63,175 nucleotides of DNA from Bacteroidales bacterium (GCA_016936215.1 JAFGPL010000029.1:1-63175), one strand, 5' to 3'; positions 41,489 to 51,105 are shown, counted from the stretch's first letter. Notes: generated from the letters alone by a model not told the origin. Translations and numbers: made by a program.

Positions 41489-41503
41489 ATCTTCTGCAAA
41501 TGG

Positions 41504-42163
41504 TTATAACTCGTTCAGGTTAAACTCCAGTTCAGCACGTAACCCTATGTGGATTTTCAGTTTATAATCAGTATAGAACTTTACAATCCTGGTATCAGGT
41601 TTTTTAGTGGCAACCTGACCGATTATTTCAATATTGGTGTAGCCTGTGAGGTTTTCCAGCATATACTCGTCCAAAAGAATATCTTTTATTACAGTATAGG
41701 GCTGGGTTACAATCCCGTTTTGATCAACTGTTGCCGGAGGTATTGTTTCAACGCCCGCCGGGAACAATGGATCGTACAACGAAAAGTAATTTGTGAAATA
41801 AACCTGTGCGCGGGCTTCCGTCGGATAACCATTCTCAATTATTATCCTTAAAGTAATGGATTTTATTTTTTCAATATTACCTCCAAGATTTGCAAAATCA
41901 AACTGCTTGATATCGGTTTTTTCAACAATATCGGTATAATTTGGATAAACAATATCGTTGTATGCAACAGAATCCGGCCACGGGATATTGAATGATCCGA
42001 GTGCTTCAAAATAATCATTTACCTGGTAGGTAACTTCACCAACAGGTAATGAGTAAGATGAATTGATCAGCACTGAATCTGAAATATTTTCAATAGTATC
42101 TTCGAAACAACCTGCGGTTGTAATTAATACCAGTAAAAAAACCGGGTAAATCCTGGTTTTCAT
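41504..42163 (-). CDS. Hypothetical lipoprotein
   Basis: Lipobox TAG-C19 followed by acidic FEDTIE; beta-rich. Confidence 0.8.
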   Translation of the reverse strand: MKTRIYPVFLLVLITTAGCFEDTIENISDSVLINSSYSLPVGEVTYQVNDYFEALGSFNIPWPDSVAYNDIVYPNYTDIVEKTDIKQFDFANLGGNIEKIKSITLRIIIENGYPTEARAQVYFTNYFSLYDPLFPAGVETIPPATVDQNGIVTQPYTVIKDILLDEYMLENLTGYTNIEIIGQVATKKPDTRIVKFYTDYKLKIHIGLRAELEFNLNEL

Positions 42164-42729
42164 ATCATATGCGATTCAATATACTGTATCAGGCAATGTA
42201 TTACTTTTATGTGTATTTCCTGCGTGCGGTCAGAGTATTTAGAGTACGGGGCCCTGATTTCAACATCACAGTGATGAGCAAGTTTTCCTCCGTCTTTACC
42301 GGTAAGGGCAACAATTTTCATTTGCTTGTTTCTGCCGGCTACAGCCGCGTTAAGCACGCTTTTAGAATTGCCGCTGGTACTTATGGCGAGCAGCACATCA
42401 CCCGGCTGGCCTATACCCTCGATGTACCTTGAAAAAATATTTTCAAAACCGAAATCGTTGGCAGCACATGTAATATGCGAAGGGTCTGATATGGAAAGTG
42501 CCGCGATGGCAGGCCTCATTTCACGGAACAGTCCTGTTAGTTCTTCGGCAAAATGCATCGCATCGCTCATCGAGCCCCCGTTGCCACACGAAATAATTTT
42601 ATGGTTGCCTTTTATACATTCAACCATAAGTTTTCCTGCATCTTCTATTGCTTCCAGGTTTTTTTCATCCGAAGTGAACAAATCAAGCATTTTGCTTGCC
42701 TCAGCCAGGCTATGTTTTATTTCATTCAT
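42160..42729 (-). CDS. gmhA: D-sedoheptulose-7-phosphate isomerase
   Basis: CGNGGS, HFAEEL, ANDFGF, ISTSGNS, QEIH. Confidence 0.95.
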   Translation of the reverse strand: MNEIKHSLAEASKMLDLFTSDEKNLEAIEDAGKLMVECIKGNHKIISCGNGGSMSDAMHFAEELTGLFREMRPAIAALSISDPSHITCAANDFGFENIFSRYIEGIGQPGDVLLAISTSGNSKSVLNAAVAGRNKQMKIVALTGKDGGKLAHHCDVEIRAPYSKYSDRTQEIHIKVIHCLIQYIESHMI

Positions 42730-42833
42730 TTACTGCAATTTTACCACGAACCAACGTTGGTTCATTTTTTGCCCCTTAAAATTAGGCTATTTTTTAAAAC
42801 CTAACGCATTGGAATGGATTTAATTGTACCGCT

Positions 42834-43460
42834 TCAGGTTTCTTCAAACCGAACTTCACCGGTTTCAACATTGTAAAGCCCGCCAATTATCTTTATGTTC
42901 TTGTTTTTTTCCATCTCAAGCAAGATCGGGCTTCTTTGCCTTATCTGTTTTATCGTAAGTTTTATATTGTTGCAGGTAACATTATTGACAAATTCCATAT
43001 TTGAGCCGTTTCTGTTATACTGTGTTTCTTTTTCGTTTTCGATGGCCTGCTTAAGCTTACTGAGCAAACCTGTAAAGTGTCCCAGTTCAAGGTTGTTACA
43101 GGCGCTGATAATGGCGCTGCACCTTGTATGGCCGAGCACTACGATTAGTTTTGAATTGGCTGTCCGGCATGCATATTCCATACTCCCGAGGATGTCATCA
43201 TTAAGGATATTGCCGGCAATTCGTATACTGAAAATATCTCCCAGCCCTTGGTCGAAAATCAGTTCGGCAGAAGTCCTCGAATCAATGCAGCTTAATATTA
43301 CCGCAAACGGGTACTGTCCTGCCGAAGTAAGGTTCACCTGTTGCAAAAGGTCGCGGTGCAATTTCAAATTATTGATAAACCTTTGGTTACCCTCTTTCAG
43401 GTAAGAAAGTGCAATTTCAGGTGATATTTTTTCCTGGCTTTTCTTGGTGTGTACCCACAT
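42834..43460 (-). CDS. Beta-class carbonic anhydrase
   Basis: LKEGNQRF, GQYPFA, Zn ligands C-IDSR and H-TR-C, FDQGLGDIF, RIAGN. Confidence 0.95.
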   Translation of the reverse strand: MWVHTKKSQEKISPEIALSYLKEGNQRFINNLKLHRDLLQQVNLTSAGQYPFAVILSCIDSRTSAELIFDQGLGDIFSIRIAGNILNDDILGSMEYACRTANSKLIVVLGHTRCSAIISACNNLELGHFTGLLSKLKQAIENEKETQYNRNGSNMEFVNNVTCNNIKLTIKQIRQRSPILLEMEKNKNIKIIGGLYNVETGEVRFEET

Positions 43461-43473
43461 TTAATTGCTTTAT

Positions 43474-45420
43474 TTAGTGTTCTGTCGTTCCGTTTTCATA
43501 ATCTTTTATGGTAAGAAATGAATATGAATAATTCATCGGAACAATCGCATTATAATCTTCGACCCTTGCTCCCGACATAAAAGCGTCAATGATCCTTTTA
43601 CCGGTATGGGTAAGTTCAGGTTTCAGGAATTGTTTCAATTGCTTTTTAAAAAATTCAGTAAGTATTTCAGCTCCTGCATCATATCCTTCGGTGCCAACCT
43701 CTGTTTGGCGGTGCACCTGCAGAAACCTGGAGGGTATTTTCGCCCCTTCGATGGTAAGATAGTTAAGCTCATAACCCAGGAGCGGGCAACGTGCTTCCTG
43801 GTACTGATCGGCCCTGAGTTTTGCATTGCCCCGGCGTGTGAGATATTCGCGCATGATAAGCTGAGGTTTGAAACCTACTTTCCAGACACCAATGTGCTGA
43901 TTTGGAACGAGGGTATAACGCATACGGGGGCTTTGAATTATCTGTTCAAGAAGAATATTGGCGTGGGTAACCATTGTACCTGTTGCAAAAGGCCAGTAAG
44001 AACCTACTCCTTCCGATTCCATTCCCTTGCCACCAACAATACTGGGGTTGCCATAACCCCGCGGTGAAACAAGCCTCCAAAGCCATGCGAGAGCCGGGGG
44101 AAGTATGTGAAATAAACCAATAATGCCATAGTCGGGTTTTTCTTTTGAACATGGTGGGGTCCGAACCCCAAAACTTCTAATGTCAACTGTAACCGGTCTG
44201 TTTATAATATCAGGGACGATATCACGGGGAAGGATTACCCTGGGGTTTGGACATGTTTTTCCCGGTTCGTCTTCAATATGGTCCCAGATCAATGCAGTGC
44301 TGCCCGGGTTGGTCTTGATGTTTAAGAACAACAAAGGCTTCTTTGGTTTGATGGTTGTTTTTTCAAGAAAAGGATCACTGCCATAGTCTTTTATGCCGTC
44401 AACTCTAATAAACCAGGCATTTTCGGCATCCAGTACTGTGAGTTTACCGTTATCTTTCTGAATGGCAGGATGACAGAAGGCCATATCATCGGTTACGGGA
44501 TGAAAAGAGCAGAAGATGGGCAGATTGATTAACCTCCTTTCGCCAGTGATGATGTTTTCACCTATCAACACCTGCCCGTTGGGTTCCCTGACAATATTCT
44601 GTAGCATCTCACTTTTCCCTCCGCCACTGGCCCCTTCGTGCATAAAGGTTATTACATTGTCGTATGGGCTGATGACTTCCACTGTGGAACAATGTGCAGT
44701 AATCCATCCTTCACGTTCACCTTTGGTAAGTAAAGCACCGTATAACCCTTTTTTGGCACTGGGCCCCGGGTACAGGTTGTAAGAAAATATTTCGTGGAGG
44801 TTTTCAGACCGGTTATGCACAACCACCTGTTTACCGTTGAAATGTGTATGACGAAAAGTAGGTGCGACATATATCACAGAATCAATAGTCATGTTATCAA
44901 GCAGATCACTTACCGGTATTATCTTCTGCAACATGGCCAAGCCCATCGCAAAGAAAGCTGCATTGGCAGGCGCTATGGCCATGCCGCTCATTCCAATGTT
45001 TTCTCTTCCGGCAAAATAAAAAAACAGTGCCAAGTCCTGATCCTTCAGCCAATCAAATGTTTCTTTCCGAAGCGATTGAAAATCATACCCGTATTTATCT
45101 TTAAATCTGCTTTTATCAGTGGGCATATTGTCTGAGACTGCCATGGTATCTGGGTCGCGGCGGCGCATGTACGGATCGGTATAATTCGCAGAAATACCAT
45201 TGGTGACCCTGTGGATGATTGCTTCGGTGTAGTCGCCAATACCCTGAACCTGGTATTTTACCTCAAAGTAATTGCAGCCTTCACCTCCCGATGCCGCAAG
45301 TGCAAGCTGGTCAACCGAATCAAAAACTTCATAACGCTTACAACTATTTAGTAAAACAAAGGCATCATCGGGTAAGGCAATTTTCTTCTTTTCAAGTATC
45401 TTAAATAAATTATTCATCAT
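43474..45420 (-). CDS. DUF4914-type protein, divergent PEP-carboxykinase-like enzyme
   Basis: RRRDPD, YPGPSAKKG, AHCS, GASGGGKSE, TDD and NPR occur in PEPCK motif order. Confidence 0.75.
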   Translation of the reverse strand: MMNNLFKILEKKKIALPDDAFVLLNSCKRYEVFDSVDQLALAASGGEGCNYFEVKYQVQGIGDYTEAIIHRVTNGISANYTDPYMRRRDPDTMAVSDNMPTDKSRFKDKYGYDFQSLRKETFDWLKDQDLALFFYFAGRENIGMSGMAIAPANAAFFAMGLAMLQKIIPVSDLLDNMTIDSVIYVAPTFRHTHFNGKQVVVHNRSENLHEIFSYNLYPGPSAKKGLYGALLTKGEREGWITAHCSTVEVISPYDNVITFMHEGASGGGKSEMLQNIVREPNGQVLIGENIITGERRLINLPIFCSFHPVTDDMAFCHPAIQKDNGKLTVLDAENAWFIRVDGIKDYGSDPFLEKTTIKPKKPLLFLNIKTNPGSTALIWDHIEDEPGKTCPNPRVILPRDIVPDIINRPVTVDIRSFGVRTPPCSKEKPDYGIIGLFHILPPALAWLWRLVSPRGYGNPSIVGGKGMESEGVGSYWPFATGTMVTHANILLEQIIQSPRMRYTLVPNQHIGVWKVGFKPQLIMREYLTRRGNAKLRADQYQEARCPLLGYELNYLTIEGAKIPSRFLQVHRQTEVGTEGYDAGAEILTEFFKKQLKQFLKPELTHTGKRIIDAFMSGARVEDYNAIVPMNYSYSFLTIKDYENGTTEH

Positions 45421-45451
45421 AATGACTTAAAGTGTGTATATGTTAACTGCA

Positions 45452-45459
45452 CAAAGGTA
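45452..45459 (-). promoter_or_regulatory. -7 promoter element for the DUF4914/carbonic anhydrase operon
   Basis: TACCTTTG on the minus strand, 31 nt before ATG. Confidence 0.55.
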
Positions 45460-45749
45460 CTTATTTATGTTTTTTGCAGTAACTGTTTTTCCTAAAATTC
45501 AAAACAATAAAACAGGTACAAAAATAAGATTAAATTAATTATTTAAGAAATACTTAATCACGAAAGATTTAACCCTGGTTATTCATCCGTTTTTTTTCTA
45601 TATATTGCCACGATGAAACAATACTAAGTCTATGGTAAATCAAAATTTACCGTAATAATCAGCGATTTATTAAAAAGCATGAATCATGAGGGTTAAAAAT
45701 TTGCACGGTTTTTGCTTTAACAACGTGTGGAGGTTAATGATAACTTCCA

Positions 45750-45757
45750 TACATTTG
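45750..45757 (+). promoter_or_regulatory. -7 promoter element for the mutL operon
   Basis: TACATTTG, 18 nt before ATG 45776. Confidence 0.55.
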
Positions 45758-45775
45758 TAACCAAATTTTACAACC

Positions 45776-46057
45776 ATGGCAATATTTCAGTTTTTCAGAC
45801 TAAATGAGCATAAAGAATTCAATTACACTCCTTTATTTTACGATAAAGAAAAGGAAGAATTCAATGAGCGGGTAAGGAAGATTGAGGAGGAAATGGGAAT
45901 AAAGAAACCTTCGGGTGAATATCAAAAGGGCATCAGGCGGGGTACCCTTCGCGAAAATCTTCATGCCGGCAAAAAACAAAACAGGGCCGGTTCGATGCGT
46001 TTCTTTATTATTTTATTAATATTGCTTGCAGCAGCTTATTTATTAATTTTCAGATAA
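45776..46057 (+). CDS. Small Bacteroidota protein with C-terminal TM anchor
   Basis: FFRL..HKEFNYTPLFY N-terminus and hydrophobic C-terminus; 9 nt upstream of mutL. Confidence 0.8.
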   Translation: MAIFQFFRLNEHKEFNYTPLFYDKEKEEFNERVRKIEEEMGIKKPSGEYQKGIRRGTLRENLHAGKKQNRAGSMRFFIILLILLAAAYLLIFR

Positions 46058-46066
46058 TTAATCCCA

Positions 46067-47911
46067 ATGGCCGATATTATCCGCCTGCTTCCTGATTCAG
46101 TGGCAAACCAGATTGCCGCCGGTGAGGTTATTCAAAGACCTGCCTCGGTTGTTAAAGAATTGGTCGAAAACTCTGTAGATGCAGGAAGTACATGCATTTC
46201 GGTAATAGTTACCGAAGGAGGGAAAAATTCGATTCAGGTCATTGACAACGGTTGCGGAATGTCTGAAACCGATGCCCGTATGGCTTTTGAGCGCCACGCC
46301 ACCTCAAAGATACAAGAGGCCGCGGACCTTTTTGAAATAAGGACTAAAGGGTTCAGGGGGGAAGCACTTGCTTCTATTGCCGCTATTGCAACGGTCACCC
46401 TTCATACACGAAAGACAGAAAATGAATTGGGGACCGAGATACAAATAAATGGCTCAAATGTTGAAATACAGGGACCGGTTAGTTGCCCGGCCGGGTCGAA
46501 TTTTACAGTTAACAATCTGTTTTTTAATGTGCCGGCCAGGAGAAAATTTCTGAAAAACACCAATACCGAATTCAGGCATATTACAGAAGAATTTATACGT
46601 ATCGCCCTTTCACATCCCGACCTTGAATTTAAACTGATCAACAATGGCACCCCTGTTTACAATCTTCCGGTAGTCAACCTTAAGCAGCGTATTACACATC
46701 TTTTCGGGAGGTCGGTGAATGCCAGCCTTATACCGTTTGAATCTGAAACAAGTATTGTGAAGATAAAAGGATATATTGGCAAACCCGAATTCGCAAAGAA
46801 AAAATTTGGCGAACAATACTTTTTTGTCAATAACAGGTATATGAGGCACCCATATTTCCACAGGGCGGTGATGAAGGCCTATGAGCAGCTTTTACCACCT
46901 GATGCCGTGCCTTCATATTTTATTTATCTCGAAAGCGACCCTCAAAACATTGATGTAAACATACACCCCACCAAAACTGAAATTAAATTCGAAGATGAAC
47001 AGGCTATTTTTCAAATCATCAAAGCTTCAGTCAAAGAAGCCATCGGAAAAACAAATTTAGCACCTTCGATAGATTTCGATAATGAAAGTAGTTTTGATAT
47101 ACCTTATATAAGAAAAAACTCACAGGTTAAAATACCGGGCATTACCGTGAACCCGGATTATAACCCCTTTGATAGTGAAACGGATAAAAGACCGTCAGGG
47201 GATTCTACCTTTAAAAGCAGACAAAACTCAAACCTGCCCGACTGGGAAAAATTGTATGAAGGAACCGGCGGAAAAGAAATGCAGCCGGAAAACACCAGCA
47301 GCAACCTGAATTCACAACAGCAGGTTTTCGGACAAATGGATTTTACTCAGCATAGCAGTTTTCTGCAATTAAAAAACAGGTACATTTTTACCCCTGTAAA
47401 ATCGGGGATGATGGTTGTTGACCAGAAGCGCGCTTATGAAAGGATTATATACGAACGGCTTGTCCATTCACTGGCACATAACTTTGCCATTGCACAGCAG
47501 ACATTGTTTCCCGAAACCATACAACTTACCCCCGCTGATTACAGCCTTCTTAACGAGATTTTTGACGATCTGTGCACCATCGGGTTTGATATCAGTAATT
47601 TTGGGAACAATACCATCGTGGTAAACGGTTGCCCGTCTGATATAAGGAACCCCGAACCGGCAAGGCTTATAGAATCGGTTCTGGAAGAGTATCGCAATAC
47701 GCAGGGCGATATTAAAAAAAATGCCCGCGAACGGGTAGCACGTTGTGTTGCAAGGTCTTCAGCCGTAGGTTATAATATACCGCTTTCGGTCTCAGAAATG
47801 CAGGAAGTAATAGACCAGCTATTCGGGTGCGAAAACCCGAATTATTCTCCTACGGGGAAAAAAATTATTTTTATTCTCGATATGCAGGAACTGGAAAAGA
47901 AACTGAACTAA
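46067..47911 (+). CDS. mutL: DNA mismatch repair protein MutL
   Basis: ANQIAAGEVIQRPASVVKELVEN, DNGCGM, GFRGEAL, DVNIHPTKTE, clamp-binding QQTLFP. Confidence 0.97.
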   Translation: MADIIRLLPDSVANQIAAGEVIQRPASVVKELVENSVDAGSTCISVIVTEGGKNSIQVIDNGCGMSETDARMAFERHATSKIQEAADLFEIRTKGFRGEALASIAAIATVTLHTRKTENELGTEIQINGSNVEIQGPVSCPAGSNFTVNNLFFNVPARRKFLKNTNTEFRHITEEFIRIALSHPDLEFKLINNGTPVYNLPVVNLKQRITHLFGRSVNASLIPFESETSIVKIKGYIGKPEFAKKKFGEQYFFVNNRYMRHPYFHRAVMKAYEQLLPPDAVPSYFIYLESDPQNIDVNIHPTKTEIKFEDEQAIFQIIKASVKEAIGKTNLAPSIDFDNESSFDIPYIRKNSQVKIPGITVNPDYNPFDSETDKRPSGDSTFKSRQNSNLPDWEKLYEGTGGKEMQPENTSSNLNSQQQVFGQMDFTQHSSFLQLKNRYIFTPVKSGMMVVDQKRAYERIIYERLVHSLAHNFAIAQQTLFPETIQLTPADYSLLNEIFDDLCTIGFDISNFGNNTIVVNGCPSDIRNPEPARLIESVLEEYRNTQGDIKKNARERVARCVARSSAVGYNIPLSVSEMQEVIDQLFGCENPNYSPTGKKIIFILDMQELEKKLN

Positions 47912-47985
47912 ACACGCAACCCTTTCATAACAGGTATTTCGGGTCAATTATCAGGTTATTTCCAGTCATTGTCCAAAAACAATCC

Positions 47986-47993
47986 TATATTTG
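47986..47993 (+). promoter_or_regulatory. -7 promoter element for the rhomboid genes
   Basis: TATATTTG in the mutL-rhomboid spacer. Confidence 0.55.
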
Positions 47994-48058
47994 CGGTGTT
48001 GATTTTAAGAGGCTGCCGGCCTTTCGGAGATTTTATTTTTAAATATTACAATTAGAGT

Positions 48059-48892
48059 ATGAATGGATATGGTTCAAGAGGATTTGGCGGACTGCCACCT
48101 GTTGTAAAAAATTTTTTGCTGATAAATATCTTACTGTTCGTGATAACCTACTTCATTCCTATAAAAGGCTTTAACCTTGTGGAATGGTTATCGGTGTACT
48201 ATTTTAAATCAGAAAAATTTATGCCCCACCAGTTGCTTACACACATGTTTATGCATGGCGGAATTGGCCATATTTTTTTCAATATGTTCGGTTTGTTTAT
48301 GTTCGGGCGTATTATTGAAAGCATGTGGGGCAGCAAAAGGTTTTTTGTACTTTACCTTGCAGCAGGTTTCGGGGCAATTTTTCTTCACCAGTTTATTATA
48401 TGGCTGCAATACAATCCGTTAATTAACTCTGTCGAACTGTTTTTAAGCAACCCTACTGTTGATATTTTCAGCAACATGGTAGAAAAGCACCCAAAATTTT
48501 TCCCATCAGGTGTATATGATTTTATCAATAACTGGAGGCAGGAACCTGCCAATACATCTTTTATCGGACAGGCAGTTGAATCTGTAAAAAACATCAGTGA
48601 ATCGGTTCATGAAAAAATTTTCGATGTACCATTACTTGGCGCATCGGGGGCTATATTCGGTTTGCTGGCTGCATTTGCCACCCTGTTTCCCAATGTCGAA
48701 CTCATGTTTATTTTTCTGCCGGTTCCCATCAAGGCAAAATACATCGTCCCTTTTTACGCAGTTTTGGAGCTGATTTTTGGCGTGTTAAATTTCAATTGGG
48801 ATAATATTGCACATTTCGCGCATTTAGGAGGCGCCATTGTGGGATTTATTATTGTTAAATTCTGGAAGAAAAATCAATTCAGGATTTATTAA
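48059..48892 (+). CDS. Rhomboid intramembrane serine protease
   Basis: HMFMH...HIFFNM, GASGA (Ser), AHFAHLGG (His). Confidence 0.95.
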   Translation: MNGYGSRGFGGLPPVVKNFLLINILLFVITYFIPIKGFNLVEWLSVYYFKSEKFMPHQLLTHMFMHGGIGHIFFNMFGLFMFGRIIESMWGSKRFFVLYLAAGFGAIFLHQFIIWLQYNPLINSVELFLSNPTVDIFSNMVEKHPKFFPSGVYDFINNWRQEPANTSFIGQAVESVKNISESVHEKIFDVPLLGASGAIFGLLAAFATLFPNVELMFIFLPVPIKAKYIVPFYAVLELIFGVLNFNWDNIAHFAHLGGAIVGFIIVKFWKKNQFRIY

Positions 48893-48920
48893 TTTTGCAT
48901 ACAAATATCAGGAGTGATTT

Positions 48921-49844
48921 ATGTCTATCTGGGATGAAATAAAGGAGTCGTTTAAGAGGGGTAGTATACTTACCAAGCTTATTTATATCAACCTTGGGGT
49001 TTTTATTGCTGTAAATATTGCTTATGTTATCTTTGCCCTATTTTTTACACAGGGTTTCTCAGGAACAGGGCTCCGAAATTATTTTCTGCAGAAATGGGTT
49101 ACCTATCTGATGGTGCCGGCAAGCCCCGAAAGGCTTCTTTTCAAGCCCTGGACCCTTTTTACATACATGTTCCTGCATTTTCATTTTCTGCATATATTGT
49201 TTAACCTTTTGTGGTTATATATGTTTGGCCGGATTTTCCTTCAATACCTCACCGAAAAGCAACTTTTCAGCACCTATATACTTGGAGGGCTTGCAGGCGC
49301 ATTTCTTTATATTCTTTCATATAATCTGTTCCCCGGGCTTACGCCTCAATCTGATGTATCTGAGATGCTTGGCGCTTCGGCAGGTGTTATGGCAGTAGCC
49401 ATGCTTATTTCGTTCTATGTTCCCAATTATACGGTGCACCTTATTTTTATCGGGCCGGTAAAATTAAAATACATTGCACTTTTCTTTATTATTACAGATA
49501 TTCTGCAAATAGCTTCATACAATGCAGGCGGGCATATTGCCCATCTTGGCGGTGTGTTGTACGCATATATTTATGTATTGCAACTTCGTAAAGGTAAAGA
49601 CATGGGACAGGGTTTCAACCGTTTAATGGATTCTGCCGCAGCTTTTTTCTCAAAAAGAAAAAGACGTATGAAGGTAAGTTATAAAAAAAATGCAAAACAG
49701 ATGACCGACATGGAGTATAACCGCCAAAAAGCAGCAAACCAGGAAGAAATTGACAGGATACTTGATAAAATTGCACAGTCGGGATATGATAGTCTCACAA
49801 AAAAAGAGAAGGAAACCCTGTTTAAGATGAGCGGAAGAAATTAG
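48921..49844 (+). CDS. Rhomboid intramembrane serine protease with soluble C-terminal domain
   Basis: HILFN, GASAG, HIAHLGG; C-terminal IDRILDKIAQSGYDSLT (DUF6576-like). Confidence 0.93.
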   Translation: MSIWDEIKESFKRGSILTKLIYINLGVFIAVNIAYVIFALFFTQGFSGTGLRNYFLQKWVTYLMVPASPERLLFKPWTLFTYMFLHFHFLHILFNLLWLYMFGRIFLQYLTEKQLFSTYILGGLAGAFLYILSYNLFPGLTPQSDVSEMLGASAGVMAVAMLISFYVPNYTVHLIFIGPVKLKYIALFFIITDILQIASYNAGGHIAHLGGVLYAYIYVLQLRKGKDMGQGFNRLMDSAAAFFSKRKRRMKVSYKKNAKQMTDMEYNRQKAANQEEIDRILDKIAQSGYDSLTKKEKETLFKMSGRN

Positions 49845-49876
49845 TGAAGACAAGCAACACCTAAAAGTTAAGCAAA

Positions 49877-50983
49877 GTGAAGAAATTTGTTAAAAAGGTA
49901 TTCTTAACCATTAACCTTATTATTGCCTTATTGCTCCTGGTTTCAGGACTTTCTGTGCACATCAGCCCTGAAAAGGCCTGGTTTTTTGCTTTTTTCGGAC
50001 TGATGTTCCCGTATATTCTTTTACTAAACCTTATTTTTATTATTTTCTGGTTGGTCTTTAAGCGCATCTATATTCTTGTATCATTGGCAGTAATAATTCT
50101 TTGCTGGAGCAGCATATCGAAATTTGTACAGGTCAATATCGGCAGTAACAGGAAACCGGAGATGCATGATAATGTAAAACTGCTTTCCTTCAATGTAAGG
50201 TTGTTTAATTACTATAACTGGCTGAAGATAAAATCTGCACATCATGACATTTTAAATTTTATCAAAGATGAAAATGCCGGTATAATCTGTCTTCAGGAAA
50301 TTTTAACAATGAAAAACACCAGCCTGGCAGAAGACTCTGTAAAAAAGCAGCTTTCGGCCACCCCCTATTCACATATTTATTATTCGGCAGGAACGAGGGA
50401 TAACCGAGGATTTGGAATGGCCACTTTCAGCAAATACCCGATCATTGGAAAGGGGGTGGTACATTTTACCGGCTCATCGAATACTGCCATTTTTTCTGAT
50501 ATTAAAGTCAACGGTAATATTCTAAGAATATACAATTGTCACCTGCAATCCACACAACTGGGCAAAAGCGACTATAATTTCATTGATTCGCTTATTTTTG
50601 GATATGATAATAACCGCATGGACGAAATAATGAACATTTCACGACGGCTGAAAAACGCCTATATCAAGCGGGCAAAGCAGGTTGACCAATTGAATGCACA
50701 TATCCTGCGGTCGCCCTACCCTGTTGTTTTATGCGGTGATTTTAACGACACACCGGTTTCTTATACCTACCATGTTTTAAAACAAAATATGAGAGATGCG
50801 TATCTCGAATCGGGGTCGGGCATAGGAAACACTTATTTCGGAAATTTTCCCTATTTCAGGATAGATTATATAATACACAGTAAATCACTGGATTCTTTTG
50901 GGTTTAAAACAAAAAAAGTTAAACTCTCTGACCACCTGCCGCTGGTATGCGGGTTTTCTTTCGACAAGAAAATTTTGCATTAA
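49877..50983 (+). CDS. Membrane-anchored endonuclease/exonuclease/phosphatase (EEP) family protein
   Basis: Three N-terminal TMs, SFNV, ICLQE, HLQS, CGDFNDTP, RIDY, SDHLP; GTG start. Confidence 0.92.
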   Translation: MKKFVKKVFLTINLIIALLLLVSGLSVHISPEKAWFFAFFGLMFPYILLLNLIFIIFWLVFKRIYILVSLAVIILCWSSISKFVQVNIGSNRKPEMHDNVKLLSFNVRLFNYYNWLKIKSAHHDILNFIKDENAGIICLQEILTMKNTSLAEDSVKKQLSATPYSHIYYSAGTRDNRGFGMATFSKYPIIGKGVVHFTGSSNTAIFSDIKVNGNILRIYNCHLQSTQLGKSDYNFIDSLIFGYDNNRMDEIMNISRRLKNAYIKRAKQVDQLNAHILRSPYPVVLCGDFNDTPVSYTYHVLKQNMRDAYLESGSGIGNTYFGNFPYFRIDYIIHSKSLDSFGFKTKKVKLSDHLPLVCGFSFDKKILH

Positions 50984-51105
50984 TCCTTCTTATATCTTTG
51001 AATTATTCTTTTTCCCGCAATCGAAGTTTGAAATTATTAGCAGGATAATCCAGATTATAAGATTGTACTGATATTTTTTCGGATGGATTACTCACGTAGT
51101 TTTGT

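Noticed and set aside
45701-45716. Sigma-54-like site TTGCACG-N4-TTGCT
   Set aside because: Lacks the invariant GG at -24, and a normal TACATTTG element lies downstream.
50984-51105. TATCTTTG (50993-51000) pointing into a convergent spacer, possible sRNA
   Set aside because: The upstream TTTG is spaced 15 nt rather than 19-21, there is no terminator and only weak structure.
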